64,000 bases of DNA from Schizochytrium sp. TIO01 (lineage: Eukaryota > Protista > Bigyra: Labyrinthulomycetes). The DNA is taken from positions 472,436 through 536,435 of the forward strand of contig SMSO01000031.1 of assembly GCA_004764695.1 (NCBI GenBank), given 5' to 3'. Below, piece by piece: positions 1 through 10,921 of this stretch. The position numbers and the translations under genes were made by a program. Within the stretch, counting starts at the first letter, position 1. Every line of letters starts with the position of its first letter. The notes under the pieces were generated by a model that saw only the letters and a program-made list of their open reading frames with translations, was not told the origin of the DNA and did not search any database.

Positions 1-3000
1 ACGAGATTGGGCGCAGATGTAATGTAAACTGTTACTGATTAGACGCCTAGTGCATAAACCATGCATATAAAATAGTATTCCAATTGATATGATCTTGGCT
101 GAGCTCCAGAAAACCGTCGTTCACTATCTATGAGACTGGATAGTTCAATATTGTACTTTAACTTGGCGCCAAGCAGAGTCAATTTCTGGATGATTTGAAG
201 GAGTGCTGCTCGGGGGCTGCTGGGGATAGATCCTAGGTGATGTTGGCTATGTGTTTGTTCATAGCCACATAGTTTCCGCTGCGGGAGAATTATTGCCAAA
301 ATGTCTGGAAAGCAAAGCACATCTCCGATGTTATTTCTGTTGGCCGAATGTTTCTCCATTCAGGTCGGTGAAGTTCGTTGTGATAGAGTGTATGTAAGCA
401 GGGACGTAAAAGAAGGTGCACCTTTTTACGTCCCATTACTAAGTGTGGATCGAGATACTGATGGCTCAAGGAAATCTGATTCATCTTCTTTTTTGTAGGT
501 AGATCTTGTAAGAAAGTAGCCAAGTGAGAAATTAAATTGTTCTTCACTAAAGCAGGGGGGATTTAAAAAAAGATCTAATCGTCTTAATTGTGCACTCACA
601 TACTTTGTATATATATTTAGCCAGTTATAGTCAATCCAAACAAAACAGATCAGTTTTCTTCATTATCATCTATTCCGAGAGAGCATATTATTGCTCTCTA
701 GTATTCTGATCTATCTACCTTTTCAATACCAAATTAAGTTTATACTTTATACACTTTTATATAATATGTCTTAATCAACAAAACATGCAAATATAACAAT
801 AAATATCAAAATTTTATAAAATATAATAATTATTTTAAATTCAAAAAAAATAAAATTAGATTTTATATCAATTTGTATTTAATTATTATATTTTGATAAA
901 TATTTATATTTAAATTTAAAATAACAAGTTTGATTACTTGAGAGCTCATAATATATAAGCAATAAAAAGTACTCTAACTTTCATATCGCAGCTTAGACAA
1001 GTGACGACTTTGATACTCTCATTTCCTTTATACTGACTGAACTAAATTGACTTCGATCCTAGCAATTTTTAAAATATAAAGACTTTTTCACATGCTCCTA
1101 TAGGTTTTAGTGATTCTTCTTTCATACCACTGGTCTCCTACTTAATCATGTTTTCAAAATAACAAAACCAATACTCAACTCTGGATTACGATAAGAGATA
1201 ACCAAAAAATATTGAAGACTATCTCTCACGCTTTGAACCACTTGAATTATCAGCAGGAGAGTATTGTGATGAAAAATCAGCACTAAACTGACACAACATA
1301 TATTTATATTAATAGTACTCAGGAAATAAAATGACATAAATTTCACCTTCCACATGCAGATTTGTGATTTGAATCAGAAACCCATATTTCAAAAGTGATT
1401 GTATTTATAGAGGAAATACTAGGGCAGTAATCTAGTTTGCACAGTTCCCAAAGTCATGATATCACATTGGTAGATATTTATAGGACTAATATAGCCGCGA
1501 GGTGTTCAGTGTGAGGGGAGCAAACGAGTGCTCATTCTTAGAATTTTGAGTGAACAAACTAAGACACGAAGATCTGATGGTAAATAACATCCGCAAAACT
1601 ATGGTAGACGTTGCAGTGGCTTTCTAAGGGTCTGAATAGCTGTTTTCCCGGTATACTGCATATTTATTCACTATTTAAACTCTTGAAGGTTCCAAAACAT
1701 ACTCACCTATAGTGTGGAGCAGAGTCTTGAACTTTTTAATACGCACCTTCCTCTAGGCATTGAGTTGTAATGCCCATATGAAAACTTATTTATGCTTTAA
1801 TAATCAAACAAATATTTCTTTTCTAGACAGCTAAGCGATTTCTTTTGCATTGCGAATTATTCTGGATTTGTCAACCAGGTGGTTCACCAACCAAAGGCTG
1901 CAGAATCAGGAAAGCTCATAAAAGGATTTTTACTAGGCCTTTCCAGCTTGTATGGTTCCTAATTTTAATTTCTTCATTAAATATTTAACAATACTAACTT
2001 TGATTCGTTTGTACCTTGCATTATTATCCTAGCTTTCGAAGAAATAAAAATCTCCTAAGTTTCTTCTGAATATAGTTGCAGTTAGAGATTAAGAGATTGT
2101 ATGGGTGTTGCATTCTTCAATTGGTCAATATGATGACTTTTGCTTACCTTGCATCTCCTTATAAAGACAACATAATTCACTCCCTCATGAGTTAATCAAT
2201 GTGCCATAATCTCAAAGTATAGACATCGTGTGCCCTCTAAGTTCATATTAGCTATCTTGAATAATTAAAACGACCATCTTTGTGAGCTCTGGCTTAAGAG
2301 AAATAAGAAAAAAATGTATCCTATATAGATTAAAGTCTGGTCTCTAGTGATAATATTCATATACTCCCAAAGGTTCTATAGCAGCTACTCCGATTGGTTA
2401 CACTTTCCATGCCTAGATGGCTAATTGAAGAGATCGTTTCATCTAAAAATTTGCTCACAAGTTGATACGTACAAATCTTCAGTTCAGGCGTAGGGGGGAC
2501 TGCCTGAACATAGTATACGCAACATATCATGTTCGGTCCTGTGGCGGCCTCTTTCTAAATCTCAACCACAACTGTAAGAGTGTAAAATATGTGACAACAC
2601 ACAGGAGTTCCAGTACATAATCATTTCACTGCATCACATAGGATGAGGTTTGAGTCTAAGATAGAAACTCCAAGAAATGCTGAGGGAGTTGGCGAGTGGT
2701 CATTATATCACAAATCGAACAACACACATTTTACTTTTTTAATTAATTTTTTTAATAGATGTGAAAAGTGACAACGAGAAAAGAGAAGACATTTTCAAAT
2801 GGATGCACCCTGAACATGATAAATCCCATGTGGTTCAATTCGAGAAACAGCAGCGACAAAAGTAAGAACACAACAGGAAAAACGTAAACAGCTTCGTTAT
2901 CTTTCAAGGTGCATCGCTCGAATTTTCAGGTCTTGTTTACAACAATTTGCACGTCTCGTTAACGCGTGAAATATGGTGATGGGGTTGGTATAAAAAATTC

Positions 3001-3086
3001 TCAACTCAGAAAATAAAGCAGAACTAACACTGAAAAAGCGAGTTCTACTGTTCACTCAATCGAATAGAGGCAACAAATGTCGAAGA

Positions 3087-6000
3087 TTAGATTTTTGGTT
3101 GCCATCCAGACCTATCCACGTCTGCATCCTTGAACTTAGGATCATACTTGTTTTTGAATGAGGGACTTTCAAATCGATGAAAATCTCGAACCTTTGGAGT
3201 AAATGGCGCAGATAGCTCTCCCTTTTGAAGTTGAGCAATGGGAAACTTAGAAAGAAACGGGTGATTTTCAAGTCCAGAGCGTATGAGTTTGACGCGCTTT
3301 GGCTTGCGCGGCTCAAGAAGCCCACAGATGAACTTCCGGCAGTCCTTACTAAATGTCGCGTACTCTGGGAACTTAATGTCGGAAGCATCCTGATGACCAA
3401 GAACAGCTTCATAGCAATCCATTGGAGAACGTCCCTGGAAGGGAGAATTTCCTGCGATAAGTTCAAAAGCAAACACACCAAGAGCCCACCAGTCAACGGC
3501 ACTGTCATGGCCTCGGCCAAGGATGATTTCCGGAGCCATATATTCAGGAGTACCACACACTGTATAAGTCATATTAGTCTTTTTAGCAAGACCAAAGTCT
3601 GCTATTTTAAGATATCCCTCTGAAGTCAAGAAAAAGTTCTCAGGTTTGGCATCACGGTAAACAATTTGACAAGCATGAATCGCTTTAAGGCCAAGATACA
3701 CTGAGACGATGTAAAATTTTGCGTCAGTTTCCGAGAGGCGTGGTTCGCTCCGGTTAACTCTACGCATTGCACCATACATGTCGCCTCCTTGGCAGAGTTC
3801 CATCAAGAAATAAATGTTTTTGCGATCATAAAATGCAGCGTAGAGTGCTACCACAAAACGGCTTCGGCCATGTTCAGCGATTTCGGCCATTGCATGACGC
3901 TCATTTTCAACCATTTCTTCCCATCCATTATCAGTAATAAAGCAGCGCCGAAGTGTCTTAAGAGCCATAAAGGGAGGGAGATAAGTTCGCTCTCCCGTAA
4001 CTGGGTCTGTCATCTCAATGTTAGACCCAGACTTTCCATGAGGTCGCACAAGATGCACACGTCCAAAACTACCCTTTCCAAGTTTTGCAAGTGGCTCAAG
4101 GTTATTAAGCCCAATGTTTGTGCATGGAAGTGGTAGATTCTCCCAAGCAAGATCTCCAGCAGAGGAGGACGAAAGCTCAACATCTTCATTCTCCTCCTCC
4201 GTGTCTTCAGAGTCAAGATCTTCCGAGCGCACAGACGTCGAGCTTGGTAGACGAACTTTACCAGAACTTTTCTTTTGACCAATGTTCAGGTCATAGCCTG
4301 AATCAACCGTGGTTTCCTCCATTGATTCTTGTCGCTTTGCATGTTTCTCCTTAATGGTTTGAAGAGTATGGCCAACATATTCTTCGGCTGATGCAGCACT
4401 TGATTTCACCTTTAAGGATTTCGATGGTGTCTTCATGTCAGGGAAGAGGGTTTGCACTGAATCTGCCCATCTCGCCTTAATGGCTTCACCAAGGGGACCG
4501 ATCAGAGCCTCAAACTCATCCACATCGAGAGTCAGGGTCGTTGTTCTATCTTCCGAGGCCACGAGACGAACATCGGATTTTGTAGCCTTTTCAAGCAAAG
4601 CCCACTCCCCAAAAGATTCACCACGACGCAAAATCGATTTAAGTTCGTTGTCGATAAGCATATCGACTCGGCCAGATCCAACAATTAGAACCTGATCAAG
4701 AGTGTCCCCGCGTTCAACGATAATGTCTCCACGTTTATAAACTTTCTCTGTCATTGCATCTGCAAGGGTAACTAGCTCTTCCTCCGTAAGGTTTTCGCTC
4801 AGCACCTCCATGCTATTCAGGCATTGCATCTTGCGTGCTTGCCTCTTGCGTGCCTGGGCTTTGCGAATCTCGAAGAAGGTCTGCCGATCGATCGCCCACA
4901 AAACACCATCCGTGACCGCACGAACCGTCACAGCTGCAGGCTGCTCATACAACAAAGCAAGCTCACCAAAGAATGTGCGAGGACCCTTTTCGGCAACCAA
5001 CTCAGGCAAACCATTACTGTCAGCATTACGGCGATAGACATGGTAGGAACCCTTTTCAATCACGTAAAAGCTGTCGCCGGTTTCTCCCTGCTTCACAACG
5101 TCGTCCTTAGCTTTCACAGAGACACGGTACATTCGAGAGACCATTTCATGCATCGAGTGTGCATCAAGGTCATCGAAAAGCATGCCAGAAAGGGATATTG
5201 AAGTCTCAATAGTTTCTTTGATGAGTTGTTCAGTGGCTGGTGTCTTGACCTCAATTCGGCCAGTCGTGAAGCCATTGCCGCGCATCAGAGGACGGACAGC
5301 CATTCGAGGGCCAGGGACATTGACTTCTGGGGTGGCTTGGCCAGACTTTGCACCGCGCGGTGTGTTGATGCCACTGAATAGTTTACGAGGAAGCGTTTCA
5401 TCTCCAGCGACAGTGTTGAAGCGACGCTGAGTTCCCTGATCAGCGGGTCCAGATCCTAATTGCGAAGATGTCAGCCCAGGACCTAATATATTGTTGCGAT
5501 CATCCTTGGTATAGGCAAAATCTTTGCTTTTATCATCCTTGGTAGTGACCACTTTGGAAATTGAACGTCGTAAAGAACGCTTTCTTTGGTTTGCGTCTGA
5601 AGACCCATCATCGGTTTTGCCAGCGTCTGCACCCTCAGGTAGACGGGCGGTATGCCTTTGCTTGGGCTTTGACCAAAAACATAGGAACCCTCCACTACTG
5701 CTAACCACCCCAGCATCACGTTGACGTTGAACCTCATCATGGAAGCTGGCTTGGTCGTCATCATCATTGTGTGAATTCTCTGATTCTGCATGAGAGGTTT
5801 CGTGCATCTCCACCGGCTGGACACCCTCGTCGCCCGCTTTGCTGTGACTTCGGTCAAGAGATACATTGAGCCCAGGGGGCGGTGGAACATAAGAAGAGTC
5901 AATAAAGTCGTCTTCATCCTCACCATCTTCTTCATCAGCACTGAAATGCGAGGTATCATGCATGGCCTGATCTCTCTTACGGGTTCTATTCCGGGTGTTT

Positions 6001-6659
6001 CCTCGTTTAATGGTGGTTCCTTCCCTGCGCTCAATCTGCTCACGCAACTTTTTTGCTTTACTCATGAAAAGTTCAGAGTCATGAAGAAAATCTGTTGTCA
6101 TCTTAATTGACTCGCGCTCACGGCGCTTGTCCATGGTACCATCTATGCGTGTACCAAACGCCCCAGTTCCGAGAAGACTTGAGCGTTTAGTTTTCGGAGC
6201 TGCAAGTTTTTGATCTCCATCTCGAAGACGAAGAATAGCGAAAACCCAACGTTTGCAAACATCTTCTGTTGCTGCCCTGAGCATGAGAGAAGGCGAGTTG
6301 TCATTGAAGACAATCTCAAATTTGATGCCTTTATTGCCAACAAAGAGAATTTTTTTGATGTTACTAACGTAAGCAACTTTGCGATCACCTTGGGCCAAGC
6401 GTTCTGCACCTACGAATTCGCGCATATTTGTCCCGTGTTCGTAGTGGCTGAGGGTCCATTGGCCATCTGCGCTTGCGCTGAGAACGAACCAGCATCGCCT
6501 CCACCGCTCGGCTCCGCTGAAGTACTTTTCCTTTTTCTGCAGCCATCCCGAGAGGGTCTCGCCCACTGCGTCATCGCTCCCGTGAAAGTTCTCCACCTCA
6601 ACAGATGCTACTTGCTGAAGGGAGTCTTCGTCCCCCACGGCTGCCTCTGTGTCCGCCAT
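3087..6659 (-). CDS. PH domain + two cyclic-nucleotide-binding domains + AGC-type Ser/Thr kinase (PKG-like)
   Basis: 1190-aa ORF. PH: LSGWLQKK..WRRCWFVL..CKRWVFAI. CNB-A: VVKQGETGDSFYVIEKG..FFGELALL. CNB-B: IVERGDTLD..FGEWALL. Kinase: GKGSFGRV, MALK, YRDAKPEN, DFG, CGTPEYMAPE, DWWALG. Confidence 0.92.
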   Translation of the reverse strand: MADTEAAVGDEDSLQQVASVEVENFHGSDDAVGETLSGWLQKKEKYFSGAERWRRCWFVLSASADGQWTLSHYEHGTNMREFVGAERLAQGDRKVAYVSNIKKILFVGNKGIKFEIVFNDNSPSLMLRAATEDVCKRWVFAILRLRDGDQKLAAPKTKRSSLLGTGAFGTRIDGTMDKRRERESIKMTTDFLHDSELFMSKAKKLREQIERREGTTIKRGNTRNRTRKRDQAMHDTSHFSADEEDGEDEDDFIDSSYVPPPPGLNVSLDRSHSKAGDEGVQPVEMHETSHAESENSHNDDDDQASFHDEVQRQRDAGVVSSSGGFLCFWSKPKQRHTARLPEGADAGKTDDGSSDANQRKRSLRRSISKVVTTKDDKSKDFAYTKDDRNNILGPGLTSSQLGSGPADQGTQRRFNTVAGDETLPRKLFSGINTPRGAKSGQATPEVNVPGPRMAVRPLMRGNGFTTGRIEVKTPATEQLIKETIETSISLSGMLFDDLDAHSMHEMVSRMYRVSVKAKDDVVKQGETGDSFYVIEKGSYHVYRRNADSNGLPELVAEKGPRTFFGELALLYEQPAAVTVRAVTDGVLWAIDRQTFFEIRKAQARKRQARKMQCLNSMEVLSENLTEEELVTLADAMTEKVYKRGDIIVERGDTLDQVLIVGSGRVDMLIDNELKSILRRGESFGEWALLEKATKSDVRLVASEDRTTTLTLDVDEFEALIGPLGEAIKARWADSVQTLFPDMKTPSKSLKVKSSAASAEEYVGHTLQTIKEKHAKRQESMEETTVDSGYDLNIGQKKSSGKVRLPSSTSVRSEDLDSEDTEEENEDVELSSSSAGDLAWENLPLPCTNIGLNNLEPLAKLGKGSFGRVHLVRPHGKSGSNIEMTDPVTGERTYLPPFMALKTLRRCFITDNGWEEMVENERHAMAEIAEHGRSRFVVALYAAFYDRKNIYFLMELCQGGDMYGAMRRVNRSEPRLSETDAKFYIVSVYLGLKAIHACQIVYRDAKPENFFLTSEGYLKIADFGLAKKTNMTYTVCGTPEYMAPEIILGRGHDSAVDWWALGVFAFELIAGNSPFQGRSPMDCYEAVLGHQDASDIKFPEYATFSKDCRKFICGLLEPRKPKRVKLIRSGLENHPFLSKFPIAQLQKGELSAPFTPKVRDFHRFESPSFKNKYDPKFKDADVDRSGWQPKI

Positions 6660-7014
6660 CTCTTCTCCAGCTTGCTAGTCGCGGCTGGCGAGGGCGAGAA
6701 CAAAATAGGCACTTGCTCTGTTGTTCTGCCGCTCTGTTGAAGTAGGCAGTGTCTGCTGCAGTGGTGCTCTGTTTGCACGTGCTGCTCCAACTCTTGAAGT
6801 CTGTGTATTTCTTTTTACTTTCTTTCTTGATCTCTAGTACTACCTATACAATCGTTACTCGATACCTGCTACTCTGGTAGTAGTGGATAGTTTTTAATGT
6901 GCCAGGTATTTTAAAGAAGGTTTTACTTAAAAAGTAAATATATTGAAAAAAACATAACTCTTTCTGTGTGAAGTCTGCCTTCTCTATGTCTTTCCACGTG
7001 TGTGAGTCTTTCTA

Positions 7015-7050
<36 letters not shown>

Positions 7051-7100
7051 AGTCTGTCTGTCTTTTCTTTTCTTTTCTATCAGTCTGTCTGTCTTTCTGT
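7015..7100. repeat. (TCTG)n imperfect microsatellite upstream of the kinase gene
   Basis: Directly visible tctgtctgtc... tract. Confidence 0.85.
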
Positions 7101-7862
7101 CTCGCACCTAGTATTCACTTAGTCATTCTCTTTTCTTTCCCAATGTGGAAGTTGGCACTCATCCATATCTTACGATTAGGGTGCACATGAATTCCATTTT
7201 TTCTTCTTAGCCCCCCCTATATGCACTTAAAATGAGTCCTTTTAGCTTTCCCCTGTGCTATCTATGACGCCTTTCTAGTATCTACACCTCGGCAGAGAGC
7301 TGGAATGGCTTGCCTCAAATCTACACACTCTCACTAGTCAGAGGTAATAAGTTCAAACCATTTAGTTTGGAGAAATATTCAAGCCAAAATAGTCACTCAT
7401 TGCTACCTACCTACCTATTTAGCACCATAGAGTCTATTTTTGCACGTGTCGTAGAATATACCTAGCTAGGTACCTATAGCCACTCCTAGTAGTTCAGGTT
7501 GGCACGTTTCTCTATCATATGACTTCTATCCTTACCTACTCTCTTGTAATCGGTATAGAGAACTACTACTGTCATTCCTTTGTGTTTGGGTAATGAGGTG
7601 ACTCGGATGTTTACTGGACCAGTCCATGTCTGTTCTACCTAGCTAGATCATCAGCTTGGTGCTTGATCAGTCAGGTTTATAAACAATGTCTTTGCTACAC
7701 CCCTACAAGTGAAATTAGACAGATGACATAACAGGTGTGTACGCAACACATACTGCAGATTTCATTTTTCATTTTTCATATTGTTTTTCATTAATAAAAT
7801 TAAATTAAAAAAAGGAAAAAAGAAAAATCAACTATTAAAAGTTGACTCGAACTTGAATGTAC

Positions 7863-7897
<35 letters not shown>

Positions 7898-7899
7898 TT
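7863..7899. repeat. (TTTA)n microsatellite in an AT-rich island
   Basis: Directly visible. Confidence 0.9.
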
Positions 7900-10800
7900 A
7901 TTCAAATACAACATTTTTCAGTTTCTCCTTTTAAATTATAAAATAATAAAATAGCAAAGGTTGAATTAAAGAAGGTAACTTAAAGACAATATTTTGATTG
8001 TGTATAAACGGTGCCAAGTATTGTACTTTTAAAATTTACATTGCTGTAGGCCTAACAACTGAAAAAAAATTGTAAGACAGAAAGAAAGAAGGAAAGGCCA
8101 TCACCGTTAAAGTTTTCTTGCAGTGATTAGAATGAAAAAGAGGTACGGAAACGTTGGCCTCTACTTTGGTCGGGTAAGAATGGAAGCAACAGGCGTAGAG
8201 TTACGAGCGTGGTGACACAAGCATTCATGAGGTGGAATGCCAAAAACTTCCCCAGCAACTCGTAGATACACCCTCGCGAGTCAGAGGCAAGAGATCTAAT
8301 CAATCTTTTGACTTGGGTAGGAACTCAATTCAAAATCACTAATTAGAACAGCTGCCACGCTCACTCTTACTCGCTAGTTGAAATCTTTTAGCAAGTCGGG
8401 TTAAAACTCAAGCCCAAACCCAAACAACTCATTAGCCACGCTGGAAATAAGATGGAATGCGAAGGGCCCGGGTACCAGTCTATCATATGATTCACTGCAG
8501 CATATGCACTACTATTCTCTGTTTTGCTTTCGGACCATCGGAGCGACTGAGGGTAAATACAACAAACAGGGACTCGTGGGTAATTATTCCTAATCGCCGG
8601 AACTGGAATAGTATGCTCGATTGCTAATCAGATCTTCGCTTGCATGGATAGTGTATATTTATTCTTTAGAAAATTACGTTGTCTTGGAGAGAAGGAAGAG
8701 CTGGCATCAAATTGGTTGTGCACTCACATATCAACCTTTTAGCTATTCGTGTTTCCTAAGGTCACCATGTTGTCACTATAGTTCCTCTCTAGAGACAAGT
8801 AGAAGGTTGATATTTAGCCTAACCTCTGACTAGAGGTTCAAGCCATTGAAACAATGGTGGTCGAAGGCTCAAGTTGTAGCAAAGGCTTAGCAGAGCACGG
8901 AACTCCCGTCGTGTAGTGGCGAGGAATCATGGAACACGATCTTCCATGAGTATTTCCTCGATGCTGTTTATCATTGACAGAAGGGAAATCATGGTTGCCT
9001 TAACTTTCAGTAAGAAGCAAACTGAAGAGAGACAATTGCAAAGGAGAAGAAAGAACAGGCTCAAAGGTAGGCTTTGAGTTGAAAAAATAAAATAATAAGA
9101 ACATGGCTTTCAAATGGTTTATATTGCAAAGAGTGCAGTGTGGGGCGCGAAGACAGAATGACTCAGAAGCGAACGAAAGTAGGTACCTAGGTGTACAGAT
9201 AGCTTGTAGGTACGAAGGCAAAAAACATCATCCAGGTATGATGGCCATATGCTGACTTGCAGAAAACTTGAAAGATAAGCAGGCAAGATAAAAACCAATC
9301 TATGAAAAAGGTTAAGGACAGACCTTTTTAGAAGTTCAATAAACTTTCTTCTCTTTTCACTCTTAAACTCCTTCTATAAAGTGTATATAATAAAAAAGCT
9401 TCATCCCTGAGAATTAACATATTTCAACAAAAGAAGTTATCTATGCTAAAGGTTAAGTCGGCTCTTAGGTACCTGACTGCTAAAGTAAATGAAATAGAAA
9501 GCAAGAGCAATTTTTAGAAGAAAGACACTCTTTTGATTCCATTTATTTAGCCAAGGTCCAGAACGATCCTGCTTTCGACTTTATAGTCTGATGCATGCAT
9601 TTGACAAATTTATCCAGATTTACTGTGTCACGACGGACGATGAAGCAGTTCTGAAAAGCTGCGATCTAACAAATCAACAGAGACATCGATGCTGCTATAA
9701 AAAAAAAGGTTTTACTTCTGATAGGTGAAAATGAATCTGAGGAGCCGAGTCCAGCCTACCAGTGATGCGGGTAGGACGCAACAGTAGGGTAGATTTCCCG
9801 ACGCTTGGATAATTACTACCCACGGCCCGACCGAGTGTACACAGAGAGGTGTTGATGCATTGCAACTATCGTTAATGCTTTGTTATTAGGGATCATTGTT
9901 TTTTCTACTCTAGAGGTAAACCAAAACTTGAAAGTGGAAAGTGATCTCCCGCTGGAAACTCTTTCGAAGCCTATATCTCAATGGTTCGTAGCTGGGAAGG
10001 TAGGTACCTACTAGCACTAATTGCTGTTGTAGAATATGACTCGAGTAATTGTTTTCGGCTTGAGCTTTTAACGATTTAAACTCAGCGCCTCTGACTAGGG
10101 AGAGTGCATATAATATACCAGGGATAGATTCCACTAATCTCCGACTTAGTTGGGACTTGGGATCATATGGGCATTACTTTTGTTTTGTTGTATATTCGAT
10201 CTCTTCTTGGTTACACAATCGTTGATGTCTTATGTCCTCCAAACGCCAAATACTTTTCCTCACCTTGGTTTCAATGAATGGGATCAATTTGCGTTGTGCA
10301 GCACAAAACGATCATAATGTTAATATATCTTATGCTCACCTTTATTAATCAAGTGTATCCTCACATGGTATTATTTTTATCTTTGCATAGCAACGTTCTC
10401 ATTCATCAGAGGAGAGGAAAGTTTGCTTCCTTCATAAACCAATCTACTTTGAAGATTCTTATTCTTTGCGTAGGCTCCAGCTAAAGTATCAGCATACTTC
10501 GTCTTTGCTTTAGTTTCTTATTCAGGTACAAAACACTTATAATATCCGACCGTGTAGATATTCGAATAACGTTGGTATCAATGGTGATCTCTCCTGCATG
10601 TTCCTAAGCTTTGACGCCGATTTTATGAGCAAGCAGAGTTGGCCAGTAGTCCAAGTGGGCAATATGGCCTAGCCAGCTCGTTTTCTTTCTTTTCTTTCTT
10701 TCTTTCCCTTTGTACTTACCATTGATACATACTAGGGGTATTATTTTAAACCAAGCAGGTACTAGTAGTATCTATTTAAGAATTAACAGGGCACAGAGAA

Positions 10801-10921
10801 GATCATGATTTCCTCCATGGCAGAAGCCCAGGATATCGCTCAAACAACAACTGTCCAATCTTTACCCCCTATTCTCTCTTGATAGAGGAACAAAGATAAC
10901 ACAATTGTCAGGTGAACACCT

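Noticed and set aside
1-550. Short ORFs at the window start
   Set aside because: No recognisable motif in any frame; may be a relic continuing outside the window.
8620-8870. Possible pogo/DDE_1 transposase relic (YQPF, FKPLKQWW)
   Set aside because: Only two short words in different frames; no DDE core or TIRs recognisable.
9737-9825. Hammerhead-like words (CTGAGGA..GAGTCC..GGACGCAAC) and two hairpins
   Set aside because: The core GAAA is GCAA, spacing after CTGA is wrong, and stems I/III cannot be formed.
10793-10803. ACAGAGAAGAT, matching the U6 snRNA core
   Set aside because: Flanking U6 sequence (GGAACGAT before, TAGCATGG after) is absent.
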